DNA of 63,558 nucleotides, filler included, from Candidatus Methanoxibalbensis ujae (GCA_026134085.1; 7 parts of 7 records of this genome joined end to end with filler, not necessarily neighbours in it); one strand, 5' to 3'; positions 37,895-48,514 are shown, counted from the first letter of the whole stretch. Made by a program: numbers and translations. Notes: generated by a model from the letters alone, not told the origin.

Positions 37895-38218
37895 TTGATG
37901 TCCGCGAGAGAAGGCGTGACGGGAAGGGATAGAGAAGGGAAGAAGACAATAGACAAGGTTGTTTATGTAGCCACCTTTGATTACCAGCCAGATGCGACGC
38001 CGAGATTGCTCACAGCCTCTAAATATAAGAGATTTCCAAACAGGAACATTCAAGATCAGTGGAACGAGCCTAACCACTGCGAAGGTGTATGTCCCAACTG
38101 TGGGAGGACGCTGGTGTTCAAGATAAAGGCAGATGATAGCGGGACTGAGAAGGTTAAATGCTACCTGTGCGGATGTGAATGCGACGTGGATGAGGTAGTG
38201 AGGGCAAGCATGAGGTGA
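37895..38218 (+). CDS. Zinc-ribbon protein
   Basis: CPNCG..CYLCG. Confidence 0.65.
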   Translation: MMSAREGVTGRDREGKKTIDKVVYVATFDYQPDATPRLLTASKYKRFPNRNIQDQWNEPNHCEGVCPNCGRTLVFKIKADDSGTEKVKCYLCGCECDVDEVVRASMR

Positions 38219-38224
38219 TGAGAG

Positions 38225-38404
38225 ATGGCGATAGTTATGACATGTAAACGATGTGGATTTACGATGAAACTGGAGGACTTATACACAATAGTGAAACGAG
38301 GGCACGAGCGATGTTTAAACTGCGGGCGTGAATTCTGTTTGGAAGACGCTGAGTGGATATGGGAGAGAAAGGAGAAGAAGGAGGTGAGGAAGGATGGAAT
38401 ATGA
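38225..38404 (+). CDS. Small zinc-finger protein (59 aa; not in ORF track)
   Basis: MAIVMTCKRCG..RCLNCGREF; GAGGTGA RBS. Confidence 0.65.
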   Translation: MAIVMTCKRCGFTMKLEDLYTIVKRGHERCLNCGREFCLEDAEWIWERKEKKEVRKDGI

Positions 38405-38645
38405 GAAAACAAAAAGAAGGATTGAGGAAATGAAGGAGCTGGAGGATTATGTGGAAGACGAGATAATTCGCCTGAACGAGGACATCGTGAAAGCGATGAT
38501 AGTAAATGTGCCAACATACATAGGTTATTTGAACGGATACCGCGATGCGCTGAGAGTAATAAAGGCGTTGATCAGTGAGGAGGGCTGTGTAATGTATCGG
38601 GCGAAGGTAGAAGAGAACGGAGAAACTGATACATCATACCAATAG
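38394..38645 (+). CDS. Hypothetical virus protein
   Basis: GGAGGTGA RBS; YLNGYRDAL motif. Confidence 0.65.
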   Translation: MEYEKTKRRIEEMKELEDYVEDEIIRLNEDIVKAMIVNVPTYIGYLNGYRDALRVIKALISEEGCVMYRAKVEENGETDTSYQ

Positions 38646-38891
38646 GTGAGGAAGATGGTGAATGCGGTTGACGACATATTAAGAAGGTTAGATAACAAAG
38701 AAGCAGATGAAACAAGAGAGCGGATGAAGGCGAAAGCGCTGATCGTGTTTTTCTACGCAGAAATGTATAGACATCTCAAGGACATTGAACACATCCTCAA
38801 CCATATCAATAGGCTCAGAGTGAGATTCGGATTCACGGAGGAAGAGCTGCGAAAGTTGGAGGAGGAAAGTAAAGAATATGTGGAGTTTTAA
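38646..38891 (+). CDS. Hypothetical virus protein
   Basis: Helical 81-aa ORF in a tightly packed operon; start may be 38655. Confidence 0.65.
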   Translation: MRKMVNAVDDILRRLDNKEADETRERMKAKALIVFFYAEMYRHLKDIEHILNHINRLRVRFGFTEEELRKLEEESKEYVEF

Positions 38892-38916
38892 GAGAAAGTG
38901 GAAGGAGGTGGTGTAA

Positions 38917-39081
38917 ATGGAATATATGGAAGGTTACTTTGATTGTCTTGCCACGATATATGCCTATTGGTTGACGGGGATGTCGTGGGCGTGCGGAGTT
39001 AGGAAGGCTATGAGAGGCTACGATGAAGAAGAAATAAAGCAGAGAGCCGAATTAATAAAGATGGATATAGAGTTGGAGTAG
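38917..39081 (+). CDS. Small hypothetical protein (54 aa; not in ORF track)
   Basis: GGAGGTGG RBS; MEYMEGYFDCL... Confidence 0.6.
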   Translation: MEYMEGYFDCLATIYAYWLTGMSWACGVRKAMRGYDEEEIKQRAELIKMDIELE

Positions 39082-39105
39082 CGGAAAAAATAGGGGGGAG
39101 CACAT

Positions 39106-39420
39106 ATGGAAGTATGTGATGAGAGTTTAAATATTTTTTCCTTACCTTTCCATTGCCAGAGGCGGAGACAAAGATGTGTTAAAAAAATAGTGATAGAGGA
39201 GAATCGTTGGAAAGACAAGGGCGGTATGCCGTTACAGGTAAGCATATATTTCCATCCGCGAGTTTTTAGATATTGCCCCACCACTTATGAGCTCGCAACT
39301 ACGATAGCCCGCCTTAAGCTGTTGTATGGAGAGAAGTTTATGGAAGAATTAAACCGCATGGTGGATGAAGAATATGATAATCTAATAGAAGAGATAAGGA
39401 AAAAGCAAGGAGGTGATTGA
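39106..39420 (+). CDS. Hypothetical virus protein (start uncertain)
   Basis: ORF track; overlaps the next gene. Confidence 0.5.
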   Translation: MEVCDESLNIFSLPFHCQRRRQRCVKKIVIEENRWKDKGGMPLQVSIYFHPRVFRYCPTTYELATTIARLKLLYGEKFMEELNRMVDEEYDNLIEEIRKKQGGD

Positions 39421-39821
39421 AGATGGGATACTATTTCTGGGCTAAGCTGGGAGTGACAAGAGGAGCAGAATATCAGAAGCTGATGGAGAGAGCGCAGAAT
39501 CTCGGATGGTCTTTCAACCGTTTTCAGAGAGAGGCGATGAAAGAAGGACTTTCGTTCCGCCGCACATTGATGTTAGACGACTGGCGGAAGTATTCATTCG
39601 TGCGTTCTGCGAAGACATACGAAGGGAAACTTACACAGCATATCTTTTATGATGAAGTCGTGAAGAAACTGCGAGAAGAAAAAGGCTGGTCTTGGAAGGA
39701 GATTATTGAATTCTTGAAAGAGAGGCAGGAGCCTGAGAAGTGGACATTTGAAACGAAGGCGAAAGAACGAGTATATAAATCATACCTGAAGGAGGCGCTG
39801 CCTGAGAAGATAGATACATAA
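39417..39821 (+). CDS. Candidate terminal protein / pPolB-associated protein
   Basis: Basic 134-aa gene immediately upstream of PolB, GGAGGTGA RBS. Function inferred from position only. Confidence 0.45.
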   Translation: MKMGYYFWAKLGVTRGAEYQKLMERAQNLGWSFNRFQREAMKEGLSFRRTLMLDDWRKYSFVRSAKTYEGKLTQHIFYDEVVKKLREEKGWSWKEIIEFLKERQEPEKWTFETKAKERVYKSYLKEALPEKIDT

Positions 39822-39827
39822 GAAACG

Positions 39828-40177
39828 GTGAGATTCATGATTATACCTGAAACTGAGCCGCACATAGACATCTCAAAAATCAAATATCGCAAGCAACCAC
39901 TACGGGAGTTGAGAAAAAAGAACAAAAACCATCCTATTATCGGATGGGATACAGAGACTTACAACGGCTACGCTCGGTTAATATGTAACAGCGTGGGTCA
40001 ATACCTTCTGATTGATAAGCAACAACCTGATAGTGAGACATTCATTCGCATTATTAACTTCATGGCGAGTAAAAAATGGAGAGGAACGCACGGCTTCTTT
40101 TGGAACATGGAGTATGATATATCCGCGATTCTGAAATATACTTCACGTGAGGTAGCTAAGGAGTTGTATGAGAAGGG
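39828..40177 (+). CDS. polB: Family B DNA polymerase, probably protein-primed; N-terminal exonuclease fragment
   Basis: ExoI IIGWDTET and ExoII FFWNMEYDI close to the N-terminus; truncated by the spacer. Confidence 0.8.
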
Positions 40178-40277
40178 NNNNNNNNNNNNNNNNNNNNNNN
40201 NNNNNNNNNNNNNNNNNNNNNTTAATTAATTAANNNNNNNNNNNNNNNNNNNNNNNNNNNNNNNNNNNNNNNNNNNN
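40178..40277. other. Artificial contig spacer
   Basis: N-run + TTAATTAATTAA. Confidence 0.99.
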
Positions 40278-40667
40278 AGTCCTCATCTCAAGAATTGTGA
40301 CTACCATTAAGATGAGAACGGAGCCGAGAACAAACGAGCCATTGCTCATGGCAGGTGCTTTCATGACCCTGCCAGAAGCGCAATGCACACTCCCCAACCC
40401 AATCCGTCAGATGCCATAATGGAAGGTCACCGGAAGATCAGTGATTGAGCAGAATTGAACTGGAATGGACAGGGCGGTGGAAATTTGCATCTGCTGCTAC
40501 TGCTGCTATTGTTTGAGACCTGCTGAGCAAGCGTCTTTGAGCCGGAGTGTGACGCAGACGCTCACCCGTGCAAACGCACTTGAGCATGAGGCATGAACTT
40601 GAGCATGAGGCATGAGAATGATGAATGATGAATGATAAACGATAAACTATGAATAATGATGAGGTGA

Positions 40668-41270
40668 ATGAGCAGCATGATAAAACTTCTTGGAATTTCT
40701 GCAAGTCCGAGGAAGGCTGCGACGGATTATGTTGTGCGAGAGGCTCTCAGGTATGCGGAGGATAAGGGAGGAGTTGAGACGAAATATTTCTCCGTTTCTG
40801 GCAAGGAGCTGAAGTTCTGCATGCACTGCGATCACTGCATGAGGAATGGTGTGTGCATTCACAGGGACGATATGCTTGAGTTTTATCCTCTCATTCTATG
40901 GGCTGATGCTATTCTGTTCGGGACTCCCGTGTATCAGGGCACAGTCAGCGGTCAGGCGAAGGTTCTGATGGATCGTTGCAGGGCGATTGTTGCGAGGGAC
41001 ATGCACGCGCTCAGAGGAAAAGTGGGTGCGGCGGTTGCAGTGGGCGGAGACCGTGCGGGTGGACAGGAGATCGCCATAAGAACAGTAATTGACTTCTACA
41101 TCATAAACGAGATCATTCCCGTCGGAGGAGGCGCTTTCGGTGCGAACCTCGGCGCATCAATATGGTCAAAGGATAAAAAGGCTGAAGGTGCATCAGAGGA
41201 CAGGGAGGGCTTAAAAAGCCTGTACAGGACAGTTGATCGGTTGATAGAGATTGCATCAGCTTTTGAGTGA
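40668..41270 (+). CDS. Iron-sulfur flavoprotein (Isf/flavodoxin family)
   Basis: ISASPRK, CMHCDHCMRNGVC, GTPVY, GGDRAGGQE. Confidence 0.9.
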   Translation: MSSMIKLLGISASPRKAATDYVVREALRYAEDKGGVETKYFSVSGKELKFCMHCDHCMRNGVCIHRDDMLEFYPLILWADAILFGTPVYQGTVSGQAKVLMDRCRAIVARDMHALRGKVGAAVAVGGDRAGGQEIAIRTVIDFYIINEIIPVGGGAFGANLGASIWSKDKKAEGASEDREGLKSLYRTVDRLIEIASAFE

Positions 41271-41350
41271 TTTTCTCCTCTGCCTGTGAATCAAACCACG
41301 AACATGCCAGAAGAAAACATGCATCACACAATCTCAATCATTCATCACGC

Positions 41351-42931
41351 TCAATCATTCATTTCATCACGCTCACATGCACACTCATCTCCGACAGCTT
41401 CACGCCTCAGAAAATTCAAAATTTCATCAATATGAATGCGAATTTGATCCATTGTATCTCTATATCTCACAGTAACAGTGCTATTTTCAAGAGTTTCATG
41501 GTCAATAGTGATGCAGAAAGGAGTTCCTATTTCATCCTGACGTCTGTATCTTCTTCCTATGCTGCCTGATTCGTCATAAACTGCAAATATATTGTTTGAG
41601 CGCAGAATGTTGAAGACCTCTTTCGCTTTATTTTTGAGCTCCTCTCTGTTCAGAAGGGGGAGGACCGCTGCGGTTATCGGTGCGATGTGCTTTTTCAATT
41701 TGAGGACGCGTCGTATATCTTTTCCGACATTCTCCTCGTGGTAGGCGCATTCAAGAACAGCGTATATGATGCGGTCTATGCCGTATGATGGCTCTATGAC
41801 ATGAGGTATCACTTTTTTCCTTGTTTTCTTTGCGGTGTCTGAGATGTAGACGCTCATGTTCTGATTTGAGTGAGATGCGTGTGCGCTGAGGTCGTAGTCT
41901 CCGCGGTCAGCGATGCCGACTATTTCAATCCAGCCGTATTTCATGCTGAGGAATTCAGCATCCCAACAGTCAGAGGCGTAATGAGCCATCTCATCCTTTC
42001 TGTGCTGTCTGAAGCGCAGTCTGTGCGCTGGAATGCCTATTGATGTCAGGAATTCGTGCGTTTTCGCGATGTAATAGCCGAGATACTGATGGGATATGAT
42101 GCCCTTCTCAACAGCCTCGCCCACAGATATGCTTATTTCCTCAGCGGATGAGTGTTCCGCTGTGGAAGATTGCGCAGTGTTTGTGGCGCTGGCGCTTTCA
42201 GAGGATGTGCTGGCGGAGTGAGATTTCTCAGAGACTTCATTATCCGAGGATGAAGCAGGCAGAAGTCGCAGCATGCGATCACGGACCTCGTCAAATCGCG
42301 GATGACAGTTTTTCTGAGAGGGCTCAACAAATATTTCAGCCTCCGCGAGCGTGAACTCACGCAGTCTTATGAGGCTTTGTCTTGGTGATATTTCGTTTCT
42401 GAAAGCCTTTCCTATCTGAATGATGCCGAACGGGAGTTTATCGCGATTGAACTTGAGCAGACGAGGGAAATCAACGAAGATTCCCTGTGCGGTCTCAGGA
42501 CGCAGATATGCCTCGCCTCTGCTGCCTGCTGCGGTTGTCTGAACTCCTATGTGAGTCCTGAACATGAGATTGAAGGAGCCTGCGAAAACGAGAGTTCCGC
42601 CGCACTCGCATTTTGAGATGTCATCACGCTTGAAGAAAGAGCCACACCGCTCGCAGCGCACAACTTCGTCGGCGAAGCACTCAAGATGATGAGATGCAGC
42701 GAACACATCCTTGGGCGAGATGTTGGGCGTCTCTATCTCATAAAACCCCTCATCAATCACATACAGATTTCTGAATGCGTTCTCAATATTGCGTTTGAGA
42801 AGTGTGCCGAGAGGGCCGTAGTCGTAGAAGCCTGCCACACCGCCGTATATCTCATATGAATGCCATATAAAACCTCTTCTTCGTGCGAGCTCGAGCACAT
42901 TCTCCGCTATATCAGCACCTGCTGTCATCAT
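41351..42931 (-). CDS. glyS: Glycyl-tRNA synthetase (alpha2, archaeal/eukaryotic type)
   Basis: LRPETAQGIF, FRNEISPRQ..RLREF, MAHYASDCWD, IEPSYGIDR, SIGRRYRRQDEIGTP. Confidence 0.96.
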   Translation of the reverse strand: MMTAGADIAENVLELARRRGFIWHSYEIYGGVAGFYDYGPLGTLLKRNIENAFRNLYVIDEGFYEIETPNISPKDVFAASHHLECFADEVVRCERCGSFFKRDDISKCECGGTLVFAGSFNLMFRTHIGVQTTAAGSRGEAYLRPETAQGIFVDFPRLLKFNRDKLPFGIIQIGKAFRNEISPRQSLIRLREFTLAEAEIFVEPSQKNCHPRFDEVRDRMLRLLPASSSDNEVSEKSHSASTSSESASATNTAQSSTAEHSSAEEISISVGEAVEKGIISHQYLGYYIAKTHEFLTSIGIPAHRLRFRQHRKDEMAHYASDCWDAEFLSMKYGWIEIVGIADRGDYDLSAHASHSNQNMSVYISDTAKKTRKKVIPHVIEPSYGIDRIIYAVLECAYHEENVGKDIRRVLKLKKHIAPITAAVLPLLNREELKNKAKEVFNILRSNNIFAVYDESGSIGRRYRRQDEIGTPFCITIDHETLENSTVTVRYRDTMDQIRIHIDEILNFLRREAVGDECACERDEMND

Positions 42932-42932
42932 C

Positions 42933-43376
42933 CTACTTCTCCGTCATACTCCTCTTTATTTTCTCCCATATTCTACTGCCATCCCTTATCTCAGCGCTTC
43001 CGAGAAGTGCGAGTTTTATAGCGTCTGCAATGTGTTCTCTGCGTTTGTCATTGAGATAATTCAGAGATACCATGTATGAGCGTTCGTAGTATTGCAGCCC
43101 GCGCAGTATATGCTCGTGCATCTCCTTGAATTTCTCAGGCGGCTTTATGTATTCAGCGAAGTCAAGCGTTGATTTTGTTATGTGTTTGCATCTCTCCATC
43201 TCCTCCCTGTATTCATTTTCAGATGCTCTCCCCCAGAAGAACTCGTGCATGACGACAATTCCCTCTATAACCGATGACACCGATTCAAGCAGGTCTGAGC
43301 ATGACATCAGATAAAACCGCTCCTCCTCGCTCATGCCGACACGCTCTTTTTTCCTCAAAAATCTGAAAAATCTCAT
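42933..43376 (-). CDS. Hypothetical protein
   Basis: 147-aa ORF packed between the CBS gene and glyS. Confidence 0.7.
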   Translation of the reverse strand: MRFFRFLRKKERVGMSEEERFYLMSCSDLLESVSSVIEGIVVMHEFFWGRASENEYREEMERCKHITKSTLDFAEYIKPPEKFKEMHEHILRGLQYYERSYMVSLNYLNDKRREHIADAIKLALLGSAEIRDGSRIWEKIKRSMTEK

Positions 43377-44365
43377 TTAAAGCCCCCCTCAAAAAATATC
43401 CTCAGCAAATCCCTGTCGAACAGCATGTCAAGAAGTTTTCCCATTGATGAGACAATCGGAATCTGATCAAACCTGCCACGATGCATTTTGCGAGCGCACT
43501 CACTCACTGTTGAGCTCTTTGTCGCAGTAACGACATCATGAATCATCACATCTCTCACTTTTTTATCACGAGGCAGCTCTATCTTTGATACGCTGTAGTA
43601 TATTTTGAGTGCGTCTCGCATACCCTCCCATGTCCATTCATCCTCATCAGCGCCCAATGAGAGGTCTGAATGCTCAGTTCGCTCGGACACAACAGCCGCA
43701 TTTATGAGGTCCTGATCAGTGATTATGCCGACGAGCTCCATCTCTCTGTTTATGACGGCTGCCGCCTTCCATCCGGCGAGCTCCATTATGCGTCCAGCAA
43801 CTGGCAGTGGCATCTCATCCCACACCGCAGGCGCCTCCCCTCGAAGTAAATATCTGACGGGCATCTCGCATTCCATATCTGCTATAACCTTCACGATATC
43901 CGCGACAGATATGATGCCCACAAGCTCTTCATCCCCCACGACAACGGGCAATCTCCGTATTCCGTGCGTGAGCATGAGATTTGCGGCCTCCTCTATACTG
44001 ACATCAGGCGATACCGTCACAGGATTCTTCCGCATGAGCAGCGCTATCTGCTCCTCCTCAGGCTTCCGAAGCAGGTCGCTCCTGGTGACGACGCCAACAA
44101 CCCTGCCCTCTTTCACCACAGGAACTCCTGATATCTGCCTGTTTCTGAACACCTCCAGTATCTTCGCTCTCGTCCCCGGAACACTGACATACGCCACATC
44201 CCTCACCATGATGTCAGCCACGCGCAGATTCTTCTTATCAGCATGGACACATCCTTTCACTCCCACATCGCCCGCCATATTCGCCCCCCCTGCTCTACCG
44301 AGAAACGCAGTCATAGCAGGAAAAACATCACTCATCTTTTTATTCGCTTGCCTCTCCTCATTCAT
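43373..44365 (-). CDS. CBS domain protein (4 CBS repeats)
   Basis: ISGVPVV, IRRLPVV, LVGIITDQD, FDQIPIV. The true start may lie downstream. Confidence 0.9.
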   Translation of the reverse strand: MNEERQANKKMSDVFPAMTAFLGRAGGANMAGDVGVKGCVHADKKNLRVADIMVRDVAYVSVPGTRAKILEVFRNRQISGVPVVKEGRVVGVVTRSDLLRKPEEEQIALLMRKNPVTVSPDVSIEEAANLMLTHGIRRLPVVVGDEELVGIISVADIVKVIADMECEMPVRYLLRGEAPAVWDEMPLPVAGRIMELAGWKAAAVINREMELVGIITDQDLINAAVVSERTEHSDLSLGADEDEWTWEGMRDALKIYYSVSKIELPRDKKVRDVMIHDVVTATKSSTVSECARKMHRGRFDQIPIVSSMGKLLDMLFDRDLLRIFFEGGFK

Positions 44366-44490
44366 ATATCAATTTATTCAACATTTTACTCAACATCCAT
44401 GCATCTCCTCTCACATTCACAACATCTCACCACATCACTCGCATCCCTGAACAGCGAATCACAATGGCACAGTCATTCTCGCCGACACTT

Positions 44491-44766
44491 TTATCTATCT
44501 TCATCCACGCCGAACTCTATTCTGTAAACGCGATCTCCTGTTCTCACGCGCTCTTTCACCTTCAGTCCAATGAGCTGCCCTGCTGATGCATGTTCTATCT
44601 TCCTGTGCTCGCTCTCCATAGATTCCACAGTCTGCTCAAAAGATGTTGTTGCACCCTCCACACATATCCTGTCTCCCAGCCTGACGTCGTCGCTAAGCTT
44701 CACCACCGCCACATTTATTCTGGGGTAGTAATGAGTTACCTCTCCGATGATTTTCTTCGCGCTCAT
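44491..44766 (-). CDS. Small EF-Tu domain II-like / U32 C-terminal-like protein
   Basis: IGEVTHYYPRINVAVV, FEQTVESM, GLKVKERVR.GDRVY. Confidence 0.8.
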   Translation of the reverse strand: MSAKKIIGEVTHYYPRINVAVVKLSDDVRLGDRICVEGATTSFEQTVESMESEHRKIEHASAGQLIGLKVKERVRTGDRVYRIEFGVDEDR

Positions 44767-45432
44767 GATACTCCTCTTATACGCACTTGATTTATAGATG
44801 TGCATACTGCAAAAATGCCATGCTCCAGCTTTTATTTAGTCTCAGCACTTGAGAGAAATGATGTTCAAGCGTAAATGCCAACCGCTCCCTCCTTACTTGG
44901 TATGTCGTTGCGGGTGACGCTGCGGGTGACGCAACCCGGAGATCAACAATCACAAATTCATTAGTGCATTTTTGCAATAGAAAAAGAAAGCTTCTTTTCT
45001 GAAACCCTTCCTCAGGATCTTATATCCATTGTTTTTCTATTGTTTTCATAAAAAAGCCTGACCTACATCTTTTGTATTTGATCTCACCACTTACCCATTT
45101 GCTGATCATCATATGATTCTGAAATTTCCACCTTTGAAACTTCTTTAGATTTAACAGATTTTAACGGCTTCCACAACATCTCTCATATCAGAGCAAACAG
45201 AAACTTTCTCCTTTTTTGTTCAGATATTCATTATTTCCACGCAGATGAAAATCAAGGAACAGATGGAAATCAGGTAAGAACGGCAACTGCTTGATATATA
45301 GAGAGGGAAATTCAGGTTGATCCCCGGTCGTCACGCTTCTGGCAAAATGCATGGAAATGCATGGTTACATATTAATAAATAAATGCAATATCTCCTCACC
45401 ATTTCGGGTGAGGTCTCCTTGAGGCGGTCAAT

Positions 45433-46647
45433 ATGAAATCTCAACCGAAACCATCATACGCGGATAATCAAAAACAAAAAAAGATGGCATTTCAATTTAT
45501 TATCCTTCTGGGAATTGTCAGTCTATTCGGAGATATAACATACGAGGGAGCAAGAAGCATCATCGGCCCTTATTTGGCTGTTTTGGGTGCAAGCGCCGGC
45601 ATCGTTGGTTTAGTAGCAGGTCTGGGAGAGTTCATCGGATATGCATTACGTTTGGTTACAGGCTATCTTGCAGACCGCACTAAAGCGTATTGGCCCCTGA
45701 CGATCATTGGTTATGGATCACTTCTTTCCGTTCCTCTATTGGCATTTGCTGGTTATTGGCAACTTGCGGCTCTCCTTATTATTTTGGAGCGAATGGGGAA
45801 AGCAATCAGGACCCCGGCAAGAGATGCAATACTTTCGCACGCCACAAAGCAGGTGGGGAGAGGTTGGGGATTTGGTATCCATGAGGCATTGGACCAGGTT
45901 GGCGCCATTATTGGCCCTCTCATCTTTTCTGCCGCATTTCTTTTAGAAGTTGGCTATCGTGAGGGATTTACTGTTTTATGGATACCCGCTCTCCTGACTT
46001 TGGCCATTCTTATGGTGGCAAGGATCAAAGTTCCATCACCTGAGAAACTTGAAACTTCTGGTGGAAAACCCAAGCAAAATATAGGCAAAAGCACCCTTCC
46101 CAGGGTTTTCTGGCTCTATACTTTATTCACCTTCCTGAGTGTGGCGGGATTTACCAACTTTCAGCTGATTTCCTATCATTTTAAAGTCCAATCGGTTGTT
46201 TCAGATATCCAGATTCCAATATTTTATGCGATTGCAATGGGTGTGGATGCATTGATGGCTCTTATTATCGGCAAAACATACGATAAAATCGGGCTGATAT
46301 CTCTGATAACAATCCCTTTACTGACTCTTCCTGTTCCTCTTCTTGCATTTTCACACAGTTACTATCTTGCAGTGATAAGTGTCATACTCTGGGGCGCGGT
46401 GATGGGGATTCATGAAACCATCATGCGTGCTGCGATTGCTGATCTGACGCCTATCGAGCACAGAGGATTTGCATATGGCATGTTTAACACAGCATATGGA
46501 GCATCCTGGTTTTTTGGAAGTACGCTTATGGGAGTGCTGTATGATCTCTCCATCAGTTATCTGATTCTGTTTGTGGTTGTGATGGAGGTGATTTCAGTGC
46601 CAGCGTTCTTCCTGGTCAAAAGGGTGTTGTTGACTGGAAAACAATGA
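45433..46647 (+). CDS. MFS transporter
   Basis: About 12 hydrophobic segments; GYLADRT, ERMGKAIRTPARD. Confidence 0.9.
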   Translation: MKSQPKPSYADNQKQKKMAFQFIILLGIVSLFGDITYEGARSIIGPYLAVLGASAGIVGLVAGLGEFIGYALRLVTGYLADRTKAYWPLTIIGYGSLLSVPLLAFAGYWQLAALLIILERMGKAIRTPARDAILSHATKQVGRGWGFGIHEALDQVGAIIGPLIFSAAFLLEVGYREGFTVLWIPALLTLAILMVARIKVPSPEKLETSGGKPKQNIGKSTLPRVFWLYTLFTFLSVAGFTNFQLISYHFKVQSVVSDIQIPIFYAIAMGVDALMALIIGKTYDKIGLISLITIPLLTLPVPLLAFSHSYYLAVISVILWGAVMGIHETIMRAAIADLTPIEHRGFAYGMFNTAYGASWFFGSTLMGVLYDLSISYLILFVVVMEVISVPAFFLVKRVLLTGKQ

Positions 46648-46733
46648 CTGGAAAACAATAACCGCCAGCGCCTAACAGTGACAGATCTCCCCTGCAAACA
46701 CCTGGAAATTCAGAAGTCCGCCCGGGGGTTGAA

Positions 46734-48035
46734 ATGGATATCGCAGACGATATTGTAAACGGGAGGGCTGCGCTATTAGTTGCTGCGCTCGCTTCTTTTC
46801 TCACACCCTTTATGGGTTCTTCAGTTAATATTGCTTCGATTGGGAAGGAATTTTTGATGGATGCGGTTCTGCTGAGCTGGGTTGCCGCTTCGTATCTTCT
46901 GGCCGCGGCAATGTTTCTCATCCCTTTTGGAAAGATAGCGGATACACACGGGAGGAAGAAGATCTTTTTATATGGAGTATTGATTTATACCCTTTCGTCC
47001 TTTCTTTCCGCAATCTTTACATCTGCTATCACGCTCATTTTCTTCAGAATTTTGCAGGGAATCGGAAGTGCGATGACAGCCGGAACAAGTGTGGCGATTC
47101 TAACTTCAGTATTTCCTGTGGGAGAGAGGGGCAGAGTCCTTGGAATAAATGTTGCAGCAGTTTATTTGGGACCCGGTCCGTTTTCAGGAGAAGTTCGGCA
47201 GCACTTCGGCTGGAGAAGCATCTTCCTTGCGAATGTGCCTCTCGGTTTGATAATATCATCTTCGTTCTCTGGAAGTTGAGGGGAGAGAACTTCGTATCGG
47301 CTGATTTACAGCATTTCACTTGCGGCAGTTATGTATGGCTTTTCCCCCTGCGATGTCAGGCCTGTGGTTGGGTAAGTATTATTATGCTTTTGTTATTTGT
47401 TGGATGGGAAATAAAGGCAGAAAATCCTGGGATATAAACCTCTTCAGAAATAACAGGATCTTCGCGTTTTCTAATCTGGCAGCGTTGAATTACAGTGCAA
47501 CTTTTGCCGTAGGTTTCCTTGAGCCTTTACCTCCAGTATATAAAAGCGCTTAGCCCTCAAAACGCCGGTCTGATTTTGACCTCCCAGCCTGTCGTGATGA
47601 TCATTTTTTCACCATATGCAGGCAGACTTTCCGATAGATCTGAACCGAGAATAATCGCCTCAGCCGGCATGGCATTGACAGATGTAAGCCTTTTGCTCTT
47701 CATCTTTTGAACGATAAAACATCCCTGGAATTTGTCGTAGCTGGTTTAATTTTACTTGGTTTCGGACTTGCCCTCTTCTCTTCACCCAATACAAATGCAT
47801 GGGTTCTGTTGAAAGGAGATTTTACGGAGTAGCCTCGGCAACGCTCGGAACTATGCGGCTGACTGGACAGATGCTCAGCATGGGTATCGCAATGTTGATA
47901 TTTTCCATATACGGGAAAGTTCAAATTGAGCCTCAATACTATCCACTTTTTTTAACCAGCATAAAAACTGCATTCATCATCTTTGCTTGCTGTCCTATGT
48001 TTCGTTGGCATATTTGCATCACTTGCGAGAGGTAG
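46734..48035 (+). pseudogene. Degraded DHA2/EmrB-like MFS transporter
   Basis: MFS motifs (GKIADTHGRKK, GRLSDR, YGVASATLGTMR) are spread over at least four frames. Confidence 0.85.
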
Positions 48036-48198
48036 GGTTCAATAAAAGTGTTTGGCAGGCTTCATCGCTTCGTGCCTTCGCTCTGCATATGAAGTCGGAA
48101 GCAAATCCTCGCTTCGCTCAGACCCTCAGATATCTGCAGGATACGCCATTGCAAAATTTAAGCAGGTTAAAGATATAGATATAGAAGAGAGAACGAAA

Positions 48199-48480
48199 AT
48201 GGGGAAGGTGATAGAGCAGGTGAAACTCACAAGCCTGTTTGAACCAAAGAAGTCTGTGGAAGTGGAGGCAGTCATTGATACGGGTGCAACGATGCCTGGG
48301 AGACGAAACCTATTTGTGGAGTAGTAGATATTGAGCTCAAGGGGCGCTCAGCTAATATGTCTTAGTAGAAGTAAACTCACAGCCCCTTACAGGGCAGGTG
48401 CTGTTAGGGCTATTAGACTTTATTAGTTGAACTTAAAACGAGAAAGCTCATACCAAATGCTTCTCCTGAGATGCTAATGG
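48199..48480 (+). pseudogene. Degraded clan AA aspartic protease
   Basis: MGKV..EVEAVIDTGAT followed by frameshifted remnants (GQVLL..LD). Confidence 0.6.
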
Positions 48481-48514
48481 AGCTCATGGATGCTAATGGA
48501 GCTCATGGAAACGG

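Larger units (their letters stand above)
31117..40177 (+). mobile_element. Virus contig D: archaeal tailless virus with (probably protein-primed) PolB, chaacvirus-like, right end truncated
   Basis: Unidirectional genes, capsid module, PolB exonuclease motifs at the 3' end, TATA boxes and GAGGTGA RBS, terminal palindrome. Confidence 0.85.
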
